A DNA stretch of 64,000 nt from NCBI RefSeq assembly GCF_006345805.1, contig NC_043000.1:162316001-162380000 (forward strand), read 5' to 3'. The position numbers and the translations under genes were made by a program. A model generated the notes under the pieces. It worked only from the letters and a program-made list of their open reading frames with translations, was not told the DNA's origin and did no database searches. The stretch is from Octopus sinensis (taxonomy: Eukaryota). Positions 24,561 through 38,785 of this stretch are shown in pieces; positions within the stretch are counted from its first letter, which is position 1; every line of letters starts with the position of its first letter.

Positions 24561-25445
24561 ATCTCGATCCATATATGTACGATCGCTCTTGCATGCAGCG
24601 TGTATGTATGTATATACACACACATACACACACACACACACACACATACACATATATATATATAGATAGATAGATAGATATATTGTGTGCCTGTGAGTAG
24701 TATATATATATATATATATATTTACGAACACAGACACATACACATTCATGCATGCATTTTAATATATATGTGTGAAAGGGTATAAACATAAAATGCCGCG
24801 TATACATATATATATGTGTGTGTGTGTGTGTGTACACACACACACTCACACCCTCACACTGCCCGTTGGTTACAGACCATACTTCAGCCTCTCAGTCCCT
24901 GCATACCTAGTCAAGTAACGTTTTTAACATCTCAATCTTTTTAGCTTCATTTCCTGACGGTGACATTATTAAACCGTTCCAATCTTGACAATTATTTCTG
25001 TCTCACCCCAATCTCTCTCTCTCCCCCTTTCTCTCCCTCTCTCTCTCTCACAGTTCTCTCTATCATTTTCATTCATTCTCTTTTTTACGTTGTCTGTGCC
25101 CTACCATCAATGTGTCTGTGTCTGTGTCTGTGTCTCTGGGTGACTGTGCTTGTGTCAGTGTGTATGTATTTGTGTGTGTGTGCATGTGTGTATATGTGTA
25201 TGTGTGCGCGTATGTGTGTGTGTGTGCGAGTATCTATCTTTCTAGTTGTTTATTTGTACACAGACACACAGACACACTGTCAGAAATCCACATACATACA
25301 CGTACACATACAGATATACACAAGCGAACACACGCATATATGTATGTGAATATACGTATGTATAGATATGTATATAGGTGTATATTCATATCCATAGATA
25401 TGTATGTATATAATGTGTATACACACACATGTATATTATATATAG

Positions 25446-25499
<54 letters not shown>

Positions 25500-26384
25500 A
25501 TAATACCTATCTAAAAATCTGTCTATCTATCTGTCTGTCTGTCTGTCTGTATATCTATCTATCGATATGTGTGTGTGTGGTTGTGTACACACGACCACGC
25601 ACACACACACACACACGCACAGATACACACGCACACACATGCGCGCGCGTAGTGTACCTTTGTGCCTGCCTCTTCAGTATTGCCAATTCCTGGCAATGTT
25701 TTAAATGTTGGAAACGAATTTAGAGGACTTCTTTCTGCAGGATGACTAACTGCCCGAGGTGGGGGATGAGGAGGGAATCTGCTGAGAATGAATATGACAT
25801 AAGTTCAGAAAACAAGGAGGATGGGAGTAAAGGAGTAAGTGCGTATTCGTGTGGGTGGCGGTGGCGGGAGAGTGATTGCATTCAAAGAGTTATGTGAACG
25901 CGAAAAGGAAACAAAAAGGATGAGGCGGAGATCGGTGGTTTGTAAGGCACTACAGATGAGAAAGCAGGGGGGGGAGGGGGGAGGAGGAAAGTTGAGAGTG
26001 AGGATGACAGGATGAGAGATAGAAAAGTCAAGAGAGAATGGAAGATAGAGATGGGGTGAGATGGTGAGAGAGAGAAAGGGAAAGAAAGAGAGGGAAAAAA
26101 CTGAGTGAGACAGAGATGCGTCGTGAAGTAGAAGAGAATTAATGAAGGAACTGGTGGGAGATATACGCAAACACATATAAATATATATATGCACATATAC
26201 TCACACAAACATACTAATACAAATACTCATTTACATATACCTGTGAGTATGCGGATACACACGCACAGACACACACACAAATATATATTTACATACACAC
26301 ACACACACTCACACACACACACACACACACATATATATAAGCATATATATATATATACACATGTATGTGGATATATATATACAT

Positions 26385-26417
<33 letters not shown>

Positions 26418-27222
26418 AATATACACATGTATGTGGATATATAAGTACACATGTATGTATATGCATGTATAGATATATGTATGTATCTGTATCAGTCTAT
26501 CTCTCTACCTATCTATCTATCTATCTATCTATCTATCTCTATCTATTTGTCTATCTATATCTATATATAATACACACATACCTGTAATCATATATATATA
26601 CACACACACACACATAAATGCACACACATCCATCCATCCATCCATGCAAACATACATACATACATACATACATGCATACATACATACATATATGAAACAA
26701 TTACAAAATGAGAGGCAACAAAAACTAAGAAAGTGATGAAGAAAGAAGTACTGAAAACAAAAAGTCAGAGATAGACGTTTGGAGAGGAAAGCAATTATCG
26801 ACAAAGAAAAGGAAAGAGACAGAGAGTGTGTGTGCGTGAGTGAGAGAGAAAGAAAGAGTGAAAGAGAATTAGACAAAAGAAGGGAAAGAAATACAGAGGC
26901 TTACAAAAAAAAAAATGGGTGAGGATAGAAAGAATTGCAGTGCGTGGGTGTTTATGTGTGAAAGATGGAGCTCGAGAGATGTGGCAGAGACAGGAAAACA
27001 GACAGACGAAAAGAGAAATAACATATTTCAAATGAGAAATGAAAAAGAAAGAAGCAAAAATGCCAGTAGACAGAGACAAGCAGACAGAAAGGAGAACAAG
27101 AAGTTAGAAAGTGAAGAGCAGAAGATACGGAGAGAAGGAGAGATGAATGAGAAGATTGCGCGGAGGAAGCGGTTGGAGTTGAAGAAAACGAAAATAATAG
27201 AAGAAAGCTATAAGCAATGTAA

Positions 27223-27260
<38 letters not shown>

Positions 27261-27448
27261 GAAATGGTAAAAGTTGTAACAGATGAGGAAATTATGTAAA
27301 TTGTTATGTGTGAGAGGGAAGAATAAGTCAAGTTATTATCAGAATTATAAGGAATATAATGCACGGGGAATATATATGAAATGTAATGCATACACACATA
27401 GACACGTGTGTATACTTTAAACATAGCCGTACACAGACACACTTGCGC

Positions 27449-27488
<40 letters not shown>

Positions 27489-29118
27489 TATATATGTATA
27501 CATATATGTAAATGTGTATGTGTATATATATATATGTGTACATATATATATGTGTGTATGTATTTATGTATGTATATATATATATACATATATATTCATA
27601 CACTTCTTCCATATATATATATATATATACATATGTATAAGTATATATGTATGTATATGTGTTGTGTATATATGTATATATATATGTGTGTGTGTGTGTG
27701 TGTATGTATACTTACACTCAACCACAAAGATCCAGATATTATGCCCGCACATATGCACACGCACACATACGCACTCATGCACACATTTACACATATACGC
27801 ATGAATAATGGAAAAGAGAGAGGGGGAGGGGTGAGAGGGGATGGGGCGATACCACAATTATAAGACGTAGCGGCACTCATTATATGTGTATATACGTATG
27901 TATGAATGAATATATACATATGCATACATGTATATATATGCATACATACACGCACTCACACATGCACGCACACACACACACACACGCCACACACACGCAC
28001 ATACATATATATATATATATATAAATGTATCTACGTTTGTATATAAATTGATATGTCCATACAAGTACACACACAAATACCAAATGAAGACAGTATAGTT
28101 TATGAATGTAGTTATGAATTCCTTATAAATTCGCTCTTCCTTTCCCTGTTGCCATAAATGCACTTTAGTGCATGTAGTCTTATGTCCCAATTTTACAATA
28201 TTACATATCTAATACATGCATAAAATTATCTCTGTCTCATGAACTTTACGTTAAAAATGGCTGAGTTAATGGCTGAAATATCAGTCACACAAACTCAAGA
28301 TTGCAGACGACTTTATAATATTTCTTCCGAATGTTTTCCGTTTTACATATAGCATTTTTCTCCCATTTTCGTTATTTTTCTTTTTTGATATCTGTTTTAC
28401 CTCTGGCGTTTCGTTTTTTCTTCTTTAATATATTTCTTTCGATAGTTTCCAAATAAAGAACACACAATGCAATAAGGCATTGAAAAGCAAAGAAGGATTT
28501 TAAGGAATAAGTACTTGAATGGACCAAGAGATTAATGAATGAACACAGGAAGGAACTGAGACAAAATATAGAGATGCTTTGTGGTTGCTTCTCTTTTTGC
28601 AGGCTCAGCAGAATTTCAGCTTCCTTTTAGTTTCCTGAATAATGTGCTACGTACAATCTTCTTGTTGACGGCCACCTTGCTGCTTTTTTGTAATTACCTT
28701 TAAGTCAGTTTCTTTCTGACTATCTGTCTCTCTGTCTGTCGGTCTATCTCTATCTTTGGCTCTTTCTTTCTATCTCTTTATGTATGTATATATGTATGTA
28801 TATATGTATATATATGTATATGTATGTATATATGTGTATATATATATATGAGTGTATATTGCTATATATGTATGTATATATATATGCATATATGTATACG
28901 TATGTATATATACATGTATATATATGTATGTATCTATCTATTATATATATATATATTCAACAACTGAATCTAAATTTTATACACACACACACACATATAT
29001 ATATGTGAAAATATAGGAGAATTTGGTGTGAAAATACACCTGAATTTGAAAACTTGTAATTAAATCATCTGAGCACTACTGTCTTCAATACTGAGAATCT
29101 CTGGATCTGAACTGTTCA

Positions 29119-29165
<47 letters not shown>

Positions 29166-29225
29166 CATATATACATGCATACATGCATATACATATATAT
29201 CTATACGTACATACATGCATATATT

Positions 29226-29287
<62 letters not shown>

Positions 29288-29324
29288 CACACATACATAA
29301 ACACACATGGTGTCTTCAATGATA

Positions 29325-29570
29325 GAAGGACCATCTCAAGCAACATTGAAAGTCACTAGAATTGAGCCTAAATCGTTTGAAACACCGTATCAAGTGGCGA
29401 CGTTCCAACACCATCGGAAAACAAAACTTCGCAGCCACCAGAAGAGAAAAGGAAGAAATCAAATGACAGGAGAGAAAGGCTGGACAAAATCAACATTGCC
29501 ATGCAGTCAATGCCATCCACTCTTATATGCAAGAATTGTTCCTCAGAGTCATCAATGGCGTCACCGTAAA
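29325..29570 (+). mobile_element. Degraded RTE/BovB-like LINE 3' fragment
   Basis: [15 protein letters not shown] and TLPCSQCHPLLYARIVPQSH resemble the RTE C-terminal ASLK..IDP..WET and CPHC.R.FRARIGL.SH motifs. Confidence 0.55.
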
Positions 29571-29609
29571 GGAAGCGTTCTGCAAAAGAGAAAATACATA
29601 CAATATATA

Positions 29610-29805
29610 TATATAGGGAAAGTTTACGAAAAAACCAAAAGACGAAGACAGGTGGTATACAAAACAAACAGATGTATTAGTATAACGCCCAGGAATAGAG
29701 AAAGTCTTTTACATTTCGAGCCTACGCGCTTCTACAGAAAGGGACACAGAAAAAACAAGGACAGAAAAAAATGTGTATAGTGGCTAACGATCTATCATGG
29801 CGACT
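29610..29805 (-). mobile_element. Penelope-type short element (same family as the 14.4-15.2 kb copies)
   Basis: Minus strand cttt-CTGTAGA-A-gcgc-gtag-gctc-GAAATGTA-aaag; abuts (TA)n. Confidence 0.7.
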
Positions 29806-29811
29806 CGGACA

Positions 29812-29992
29812 GGCGGGACAGGAGGAGGACAACTGCAGCAACACCCCACACGTACCCATCGATGTTCGTGTACAGCAACTGTACCAGGGACTGCCACTCT
29901 AGAATTGGACTGTTCAGTCACAGCAGACGCTGCTCATCATCAAAGTAGGCCCCACCCTTGGCGCGACCCATTGTCTATCAAGACAGACAAAG
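29812..29992 (+). mobile_element. RTE-clade LINE extreme 3' end
   Basis: DRRDRRR...SNCTRDCHSRIGLFSHSRRC...K* followed by the UTR ggcgcgacccattgtctatcaagacaga. Confidence 0.75.
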
Positions 29993-30007
29993 AATATATA
30001 TATATAT

Positions 30008-30105
30008 ATATATATATACAGTACAGTACTATTTCTGCTTCGCGGATTCTCACCTATCGCAGGGGTTTTGGAACGTAACACTCGCGATAGTCGAGGGATT
30101 ACTGT
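30008..30105 (-). mobile_element. Tigger/pogo-like MITE end
   Basis: Minus strand TA|CAGTAATCCCTCGACTATCGCG... Confidence 0.6.
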
Positions 30106-30544
30106 ACTCGGATACTTGATATAACCGACGGCGACATACGCACACCCACATATATTTCAACCCTTCTCACCGCCTGAATATATTACGTTTTCGCACCATG
30201 GTGTCTTTCATATCCTTTTAATAACATTCACATTTCCAACCTCTTTACAATTCTGTCCCCTTTTACAACTCTCTTTTCCAATAACAGATTCTTTGCCAGA
30301 TTTCCCCGTGTTATATATGCAGTCATTTTCTAAACCTTTTGTTCAAATTTTCCTGCCTTTCAACATAATCTTTCTTATTCCTTTTTATTGACTTTACTAC
30401 TTTTCCTCTGAACAGGTACCTGTTTTATGTTCAACAGCTTTTTCTCCTTACGGTCTTATAACAGCCGTTTTCATGTTCCCTTTTTTTATCCTTTTATAAT
30501 TATCTCTCCCTTTTGATACGCTACTTTTCCAGTAGTAATCACAT

Positions 30545-30583
<39 letters not shown>

Positions 30584-31891
30584 TATATATATTTCTTGAC
30601 CATTCAGTTCTCCTGCCTTTCAAGTGTTTTCATGCTCAACTGGTTTTTTTTCTTCTTCAGATATTTAGCTAACATTTTATGGGTTTTTTTCTACTTATTT
30701 TTCCCCTTCGTATACTTTGCATCTTTTCTTCAAATTTGTACCTGAGTTAATTTTGTTTTCTCACCCGCAACACCGTCTACTCCACCGTTCCCCGCATTTT
30801 TCTGCTTCCACGGTTTCTTCTCACCTTTACCATATTCACCTCCCACGCATCCCCACTCGCTCCAAGCCAATCAACCGCATCCCACACTACTCAACCCCCC
30901 CCATTTCCATCTTCTTGCATAAATACTCTCCTTTATATGCACAAAGCTGCCCCACCTCTTCTTTTCTTCTTAACACCTCATAAAACTGCATTCCCATCCA
31001 GCCCTTAACGTCTTTTTCTTCCCTCCATCCCACAACACCTCTCTCCTTTCTTTCTTTTATTCTCTGATCTGGGACTCTATGTCCAAAACCTAAAACCCCT
31101 TTTTCTTTAACCCCACCCCTTTTTTTTTTTGAAGCACGAAACTAATAAAATCTTTGTGAAAATTTGTCCTTCATGTGTTTTTTGCTATTTTAGCTGGTTC
31201 ATCATGTGTCTTTGTGTAAGTGTGTGTGTGTGTGGCGGGGGGGTGAATTTACACATAAATAGACATTCGTACATATATCCATACCTACCTACCTACTTAC
31301 CTACATACATACATACACACTACGTACATACACACAGACACACACACACACACATATATATACAGCGGCGTACGTACACTTTGTTCTCTTATATGTAAGT
31401 ATATATACATACATACATACATTCATACATACATACATACATACATACATACATACATACATACTCATACATACATACATATATACATATATGCATACAT
31501 ACATACATACATACATACATACATACATACATACATACATACATACATACATAAGAGAAAGAAAAGAAACTAGTCAATAAACGAAAGTAGACTGAGGTTG
31601 AGGTATAAATCTTTACACTGAGTTCACCATAACCCAACTGCGGACTTCAGAAAAATGGAAATTTATATATAAAAAACACATATTCGAAATGTTTGGTGAT
31701 TATAGTGAACGCCGGTTCGTTGACATAGAATAATAAGAGAATATTATTGGCTGGCGTTCTAACCATTTTTTTAAAAATAGTTGAGATGATGACAAAAATA
31801 TTTCATACAATGTAATATGGAATGGATATGTACAAATGCAAAAATATATATGCGTTCATCCTGAAGCACAGTCATTGTATTTATGTTGATA

Positions 31892-31951
<60 letters not shown>

Positions 31952-33033
31952 TATGTGTGTGTGTGTAAAAATACTAGTCATTCTCTGAGAAATATATTTA
32001 GATGACACCCGTCGAGTCAAAAATCTTGCAAACTCACGAATGGGAAGAGTTCTGGGATGGACATATAGAGTTCATGATCATGTGTATGTGTTTGCTCATT
32101 GAGAATCCACCCGACTATAAGTTATTCTCTATTTGATCAACATTTTCTACCTGCTCATGGTGTGCCATGAAGAATCAATGCCGTTCCTAGCATCCTAGAT
32201 TTTAATCCTCGTATTTCGTAGTTCCATTTGTAGCAGCACAAGTATCTGTCTAGGCTGTTGTATATCGCAATTACTCTGTTTACTTGCTTCATCTTCATCT
32301 CTGACAACTACTCATAGAGATCTGTACGAATTTTACTCCGGCTAAAGGATGTAATGTTCCCTCGAAATTCCGTTGTTTCAAGATAAGTGCTTATACCCCA
32401 AGCGAGACAAATACAGGCATGTAATTTTTCCATCCTTGTTGCTTGGTATCGAGATGAGGAAGAAACGAAAGTTGCTTAGATACACAAACTTGCCATACAA
32501 ACTTATCGGTGCGAAAATACCAATGTTCAGTTTTTAGCGTTAATAGTGACGTCTGAAACCAAAGACGAGCGAGAAATTCTTTCATAACACCTTCACTTGA
32601 GGTAGCAGGTGTGCGTTAGCGAATGTTATTGCTAATAAAACCATTTTCTTTTTGTTTTCATTATCTAAATATTTTTCTTACTATTTACGTCCTGTGACAA
32701 AGGGCTGTTCAAGTGTCTGATTTTCAGTATTCTTTTTTTTTATATATATATTACAGGTGTGATTTATTTTGTAGATGTTGATGACGCCAATACTTACAAA
32801 CGTCTAAACAGAAAACCACAATGCTTAAAGGCTTACTATTTTCAGGAAGATATAGTCCAGAGTCGCTCGGGATGTACTGCTTTCTATAATCCAAATATAA
32901 TTAAAATAAATAACATGGGGTTGAGTAACAGCAAGATATCCAAGCTATTCCGGATATAAAAATCATCAGAGATAGGCAAAGGGTAGCTTTTCGTTATTCA
33001 AGTTTACATCCAATGCAATACGTTGTTTTTGTC

Positions 33034-33066
<33 letters not shown>

Positions 33067-33286
33067 TATACTGTAATATTCTGTGGGAATGTTACTTTTT
33101 TCATTTTCTACTATTTGCTTTTTTACTAATATGATGCTGTTATTTTTTTACAGTTTTTTGTTTGTTTGACGGTTATTTCTGTAATATTTATGAGTGGAAA
33201 ATCCGAGGAAAAAAAGCCACTGCTCTCTTAGTGCTACAAAAACTGATAATTTTGTCTAACACCAGCAAGGGCATAACCTAACGAAA

Positions 33287-33661
33287 TCTCTCTCTATATA
33301 AACGGCAGTTTGTCTGTGCGTGTTTCTGTGTGTCTGTTTGCTTGTACCCTCACCCTGACCACGGCTTTCAACCGATTCTGATGAAACTTGACACACACAT
33401 AGCCCAATGTCATAATTCAAAACTAACGCAGCGAAAATTTTGAAAAGTTCCCCCAGTTCTGAACAAAATCGATAAATTCGACATGGGGTCGAGAATCAGA
33501 AACACAAACCGCAAACTGTCTAGGGGACGCAACTCCACCTTTTTTTACTCTCAAAAAAATTTACCATCATTTTTTTTTGCTATTTTTGGGCTATAACTCT
33601 CTAAAAATGCTTTATAGTTATTTCCCTTACAAACCCGAGCAACGCCGGGCGATACTGCTAG
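33287..33661 (+). mobile_element. Non-autonomous Helitron
   Basis: A|TCTCTC...tatataaacggcag 5' end; hairpin cccgagcaacgccggg plus CTAG|T. Confidence 0.85.
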
Positions 33662-33789
33662 TGTTCAATAAATGTCCCCGTACAGCATTTTCCGACGCTC
33701 TTATGATTCTGCTTGCTCATTAACTTTCTAATGATGCTGCTGCTTCTGATAATGACGAGGATGGTAAAAATAACAATAATAATAATGGT

Positions 33790-33960
33790 TTCAAACTTTG
33801 GTTCATTACCAGCAAGCTCGGGGGACAAGGCCAGTCGATTACATCGACCCCAGTGCTCAACTAACTCTTATTTTATCAACCACCGAGAGGATGAGAGGCA
33901 AGTTCAACTTCGGCGAAATTAGAACTCAGAACATGAAGACGGACAAAATGCAGCTAAATA
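33790..33960 (-). mobile_element. SINE B copy
   Basis: gtcgattacatcgaccccagtg...gaactcagaac. Confidence 0.65.
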
Positions 33961-33982
33961 TCTCACCCTGTGTGTAATATTG

Positions 33983-34470
33983 AAAGACTTTAGACAAAAT
34001 TCATGCCTCCTTATTGATCTGACTGTTCCAATCGATATAAATGTATCTGTCAAGACCTACCAAAAACTGAGCAAGTATAAAGAACTTGAAATAGAAATTG
34101 GCGAAATGTGGAATCCCAATACTAAAGCGATACCTGTTGTCATAGGTGCCCTAGGATAGATAGCAAACGGGGCTAGTTCCTACCTAGCTCAGACACCAGG
34201 AAACCCCAAAATGGCAGAATTTCAAAAGATAGTGCTCATGGGAACTGCCCATATCTTACGTTACATACTGTCTATGTAACCTCAAATTTTAAAACAAACC
34301 TATAATTTTATGTTTTCTTAAACATTCTCTAGAACAATACTATGTGCAAAACCAAATATATGACACCCTAGTAATAATACCAATATGAATTTCTAACTTG
34401 TTGTCTCTTGAGGTCTCTTGGTGAAACTTGGAGTCAACTTCTACAAATAGAAAGCAAAAGTCAAACATAT
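33983..34470 (+). mobile_element. R4/Dong-clade LINE 3' end (REL endonuclease remnant plus 3' UTR) ending in (TAA)n
   Basis: CLLIDLTVPIDINVSVKTYQKLSKYKELEIEIGEMW...IPVVIGALG*...FQKIVLMGTAHILR; (TAA)n from ~34468. Confidence 0.8.
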
Positions 34471-34513
34471 AATAATAATAATAATGATAATAATAATAAT
34501 AATGATAATAATA

Positions 34514-34555
<42 letters not shown>

Positions 34556-35539
34556 TGATGATGATGATGAATAGCTCCGCGTTAAATAACAACATGGGCG
34601 TACTCTAAAAAGCTCTCTCCATAAAACAAACTTAATTCAATAACATCGGAGTAATGGAAGGGAAAATTCGTGATAGAAAGGTTCTGTTAAAGCAAAGGAA
34701 CTAAAAAATTAGAAAAATGTTTGTTACATGCAGTGCAGTTTCTTTCTTAAATACCTGATATCTCAATGTGACATGCGCAAGACGTCGAAAACAGCACCAT
34801 GACCCTGGAAAACCACACTAATTACATAGAAAGTACGTAAATTGAATAATTACCTTTACATGCAACCGTCCATGCATCCATGTGCACATGCTAATATTTA
34901 CAAGCAGCATAAATAATGCCTACACGACACACACACACACACAGAAAATAAAATAAAAACACGTTCACGAATGACGCCCTACCAAACAAAAACAAAGCGA
35001 ATTTTAAAAAGTACAAATTAATCACTCAGTTTAAAACATCACAGATCTAGTTAAGCTGATTCACAACATCTGCCTTTTTTAATCGGAAGTGAAAAAAATC
35101 TGAAAATCGGCTATATTAATGTAGTTTTCCACTCTTATCACTATGAAGGCATTTTGTTGTGGAGTAAAAATTGGAGGAAAATGTTACAGAGGCGTAAAAA
35201 TCGAAAAGAACTGTGTATTTTTAGCCAGTAGCGAGACAGAAATTTTCTGCGTATAGGGGTGCCAACTTTAAGGTTGTACCCTGTGAAATTTATAGTTTAG
35301 CGTCTGTGAAATGACCTGTATTTTTCAGTAATATCATTTTTCTGAGCAAAGATTAGGTTCTCCAGGCTATTCAATGCTTTAAAGTAAATTTAGTATACGG
35401 AATCTGTGTGGAAGCCGGTAGTACACACACACACACACATTTATATATGTGTGTGTGTATGTGTGTATGTGTGTGTGTGTGTGTGAGCGTATGTGTGTGT
35501 ATAAAATAAATGATAGAGATGGAAAATGGAATATATGAG

Positions 35540-36060
35540 AATATTATTGCTCACAACGATGGTTTCGACACATTCTGCATCAATCCATCGTGGGTGGGAT
35601 GCTGTTCAACTGGTTGTGGCGCATCTCCTCCGGTGATGTTATAAGGAGTATCTCGTTAAATAAACAGTACTTCGCTCGGTTTTGATACGGCATGTTGTCA
35701 CTGGAAGTATATTTAATCTATAAACCACTCCATCATTTGTTATGTACTCAACATACACTGAAGAATTCCCGAGGTAGATCTAGTGACACTGCTTAAAACT
35801 GCGGATAACGTCCGGTAACCATTGGCAGTGAACGTGCTTCATCGGCTTAGTACTAAGAATATACTCAATTTATATATATATATAAGATAGAATTATTTAA
35901 TATTTAATATTTAATTCTTATGCTTTCCTAAAAACTTGATTTCGAAACGTACGTCCGTAGATAACTAAAAAAATGTATGATAGATTGCAGTCAATTCATT
36001 CTCTCTTACCTGTTTGTGTCTGCCTTCCAAATGCTGTTTTTACTGAGATCTCCCTTTTTA
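35540..36060 (-). mobile_element. Degraded Penelope-like element remnant
   Basis: MPYQNRAKYCLFNEILLIT resembles the C-terminal PY.N..K.C...NEKL.I motif of PLE ORFs; nearby GAAACGTACGTC palindromic hammerhead half. Confidence 0.35.
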
Positions 36061-36146
36061 GTAGAAGAAATAGCTATAACCCTTTGACTGCTATTTCTAA
36101 ATTCGGTATGTGGTAAGGCAATTCGTTGCTAAACCCTTATTGCTTA

Positions 36147-36185
<39 letters not shown>

Positions 36186-36244
36186 AACACACATACATAT
36201 ATATAAGTGTAATTGTACATGTGAGCGTATGTGTATATGTATTT

Positions 36245-36410
36245 TTGTGTCTGCCTTTGTCCTCTGCCTCCTAACAGCTGGTGTTTCTTTATTTACGTCC
36301 TTGTAACATAATAGTTTGACATAGAGATTTAAAAAATAAATACTGGGGTCGATTTGCTAGACCAAAATCCTTGGCCCAGCCAAATGACTGAGACATGCAA
36401 CAGATAAAAG
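36245..36410 (+). mobile_element. SINE A 3' part, degraded
   Basis: tttacgtccttgtaac...ggggtcgatttgct...aaatgactgagac. Confidence 0.55.
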
Positions 36411-37154
36411 AGATAGCTACAATAATAGTAAATAATAACAATTATAATCACCAATTAACTAAATGTTTTCTAGAATTTGTTTTTGAATTTACGATTATGT
36501 TAACGTGGGAATATAGAATAAACTGATTACAATTGCTGAGAATAATAATTAGGTGTAACAGGGACGTCTAAGGGTTTATTAAAAGAAGTTTTAGTCTTTT
36601 AGGGAATAAAATCGATAGGGATTAAACATGGTAAATTAAAGAGCTTTAAATATTTAATATTTTAGGAATCTGATAGAGGCAATATAATAGAAGAATTTAT
36701 AATAGGAAAGGATAAATATCGTTAAGGAATTAAAGTAAAGGTTTAAAACGATACGGAGGGATGTAGAATAATGCATAAAATTAAGGGAAATGCTAAAGTA
36801 GAATTAAAGAAGAAAGAGAGAAGAGAAGGGTAGTAAAAGAAATATCTGTTTGGGAAGACAAGTAAAATGTCAGAAATATTAATGGGTATGTGATGCAAAT
36901 TCTTTTGAAATAAAAGAGTTGCAGTAGCTATACGTAGTTTTGAAATTTTTTTAATTAATTGAAGAATTAAATTATAGGTAATTAATTAACATATTAAGCA
37001 ATGGAATAATTTGAAAATAATGAAAAACACTTTTAAAAATTACAAAGAAACTGAAACGTTATACTAATAAAAGTGTGACAAATGGGGACTAGATAAAAAG
37101 ATTAATAGAAATTTTGATATATGTAAATAAAAATTTAAAGAATAATTACATATA

Positions 37155-37298
37155 TGTTTGTTTGTGTGTGTGTGTATCTGTGTGTGTGTGTATCTGTGTG
37201 TGTGTGTATCTGTGTGTGTGTGTATCTGTGTGTGTGTGTATCTGTGTGTGTGTGTATCTGTGTGTGTGTGTATCTGTGTGTGTGTGTATCTGTGTGTG
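37155..37298. repeat. 12-bp repeat (GTGTGTGTATCT)n
   Basis: Direct reading, ~11 units. Confidence 0.9.
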
Positions 37299-38059
37299 TG
37301 CGCGAGCACACAATGCAAAAGACATAACAAACTCAATATTTTATGATAAAAAATAAAAATAAAATTAATCCATATAAAGAAATACGGGTGTAGATTATAA
37401 AAATTAAGGATAATGTTAATGAAAAATATCGGATGAAAGAAGTAAATATATTTGGGGGTAAAGGAAAATAGGCATAAAATATTTAAAGAGGTATTGAAAA
37501 TAGTTAAGACCAATAAGGATGATAACGAAGTGAAAAGGACTGCATTCGAGTACTGAGAGGGAAGTGGGTGTAAAATTTTATATTTAGGACTCTGAGTATT
37601 GAACTTTGAACTTCCCTATAGTGGCTGAATTTGATATTGAAATACTAGAGTAGGGCAAGAACAAAAGAACTAAAATTTAATGTGGAACAATAGAATAACT
37701 AAAACAGGCAATTGTCTTGTACAGAATCACAATGAGGTGGAAAAGTATGGCGGTTAAGATTTATAGTAGAAAAGTTAAGCTAAAGAAAAATAATAAAATA
37801 TGATAATACACAGAGCATAACTTTCTTCGGGTAAGTTCTAGTTGAAGGTAGGATACTACTCTTTGATTAGGTATTAATCACTATCGTTTTGTCAAACATG
37901 ATTATTGAGAATCCATGATCTCTAAGTCTCCAATGCCAGAAGTGAGTCACATCTTCAAAGCAATAAGCTATTTAACATATTTTATGATGCATGATTATAT
38001 ATTCAGTTCAGTTTCCCATCTCCCACCATTCGTTGATAAAAACAAAAACAAACAAATTT

Positions 38060-38525
38060 CCTATCTTAAAATCACGTTTTCCTGCCTATCCTCACTTATG
38101 GCCATAAATGTGCAATGACCGAAATGGTAAGCTCGAGAGTCCAAGAGGCCAAAATGGTATTCCATCACAGGGTCTCTGAAGCAATGTTATTCGACAGAGT
38201 GTGTAGCGCAGAGATCAGGGAGACTCTTCTGGTTGAGGCGCTATTTCTCCGCAATGAGTACGGACACTTGGCTGGAATGCTCCAGGAAAAGATCGCAATG
38301 CAGATTTTTCAAGCCGAGCCAACTGGCAAGAGACCTAAAGGCAGACCAAGAGCAAAATGGTTGAATAATATTCATAGACGCAGTTGGTCACGCTTCGCTA
38401 TACAGCCGGGAAGTGTAATGACAGTTGCTTCTCATAGGATCCCATGGGGGAGGTACTTGAGGACACTCTACTCCCATGAACCTTCCAGAAATAGTGAGTG
38501 GTGAAAATGGATGGGTGGATTGGGC
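38060..38525 (+). mobile_element. RTE-clade LINE 3' end resembling Rex3/Expander
   Basis: LPILTYGH..MTE...RVQEAKM...DRVCSAEIRE...PTGKRPKGRPRAKW; ends gaaaatggatgggtggat, a (GGAT)n-type tail. Confidence 0.75.
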
Positions 38526-38785
38526 ATGTATGTATGTATGTATGTATGTATGTATGTATGTATGTATGTATGTATAAATAGCATATGTATGAAAGCAATA
38601 AGTTTCTAGCTTCGAGTTAGAGTTACATCTACTAAAAATTGATACGTGATGCAAGAGACGAAGCTTTTTTGAAAGCTGTAACACTGTTTCGAACATTCGA
38701 GCCACTTTAGACCTGTGCAACCTCCAGATAATGCTAAGCCGACTTACCGCGGCTTACTTTCTATAGAACAAGTTTTTGTCTAAAT

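Noticed and set aside
29307-30078. 157-aa and 93-aa ORFs as host genes
   Set aside because: Chimeric read-through of RTE remnants, (TA)n and a PLE-type element
36500-37560. Mitochondrial insertion (NUMT) in an A-rich skewed region
   Set aside because: No recognisable mitochondrial gene, rRNA or tRNA motif
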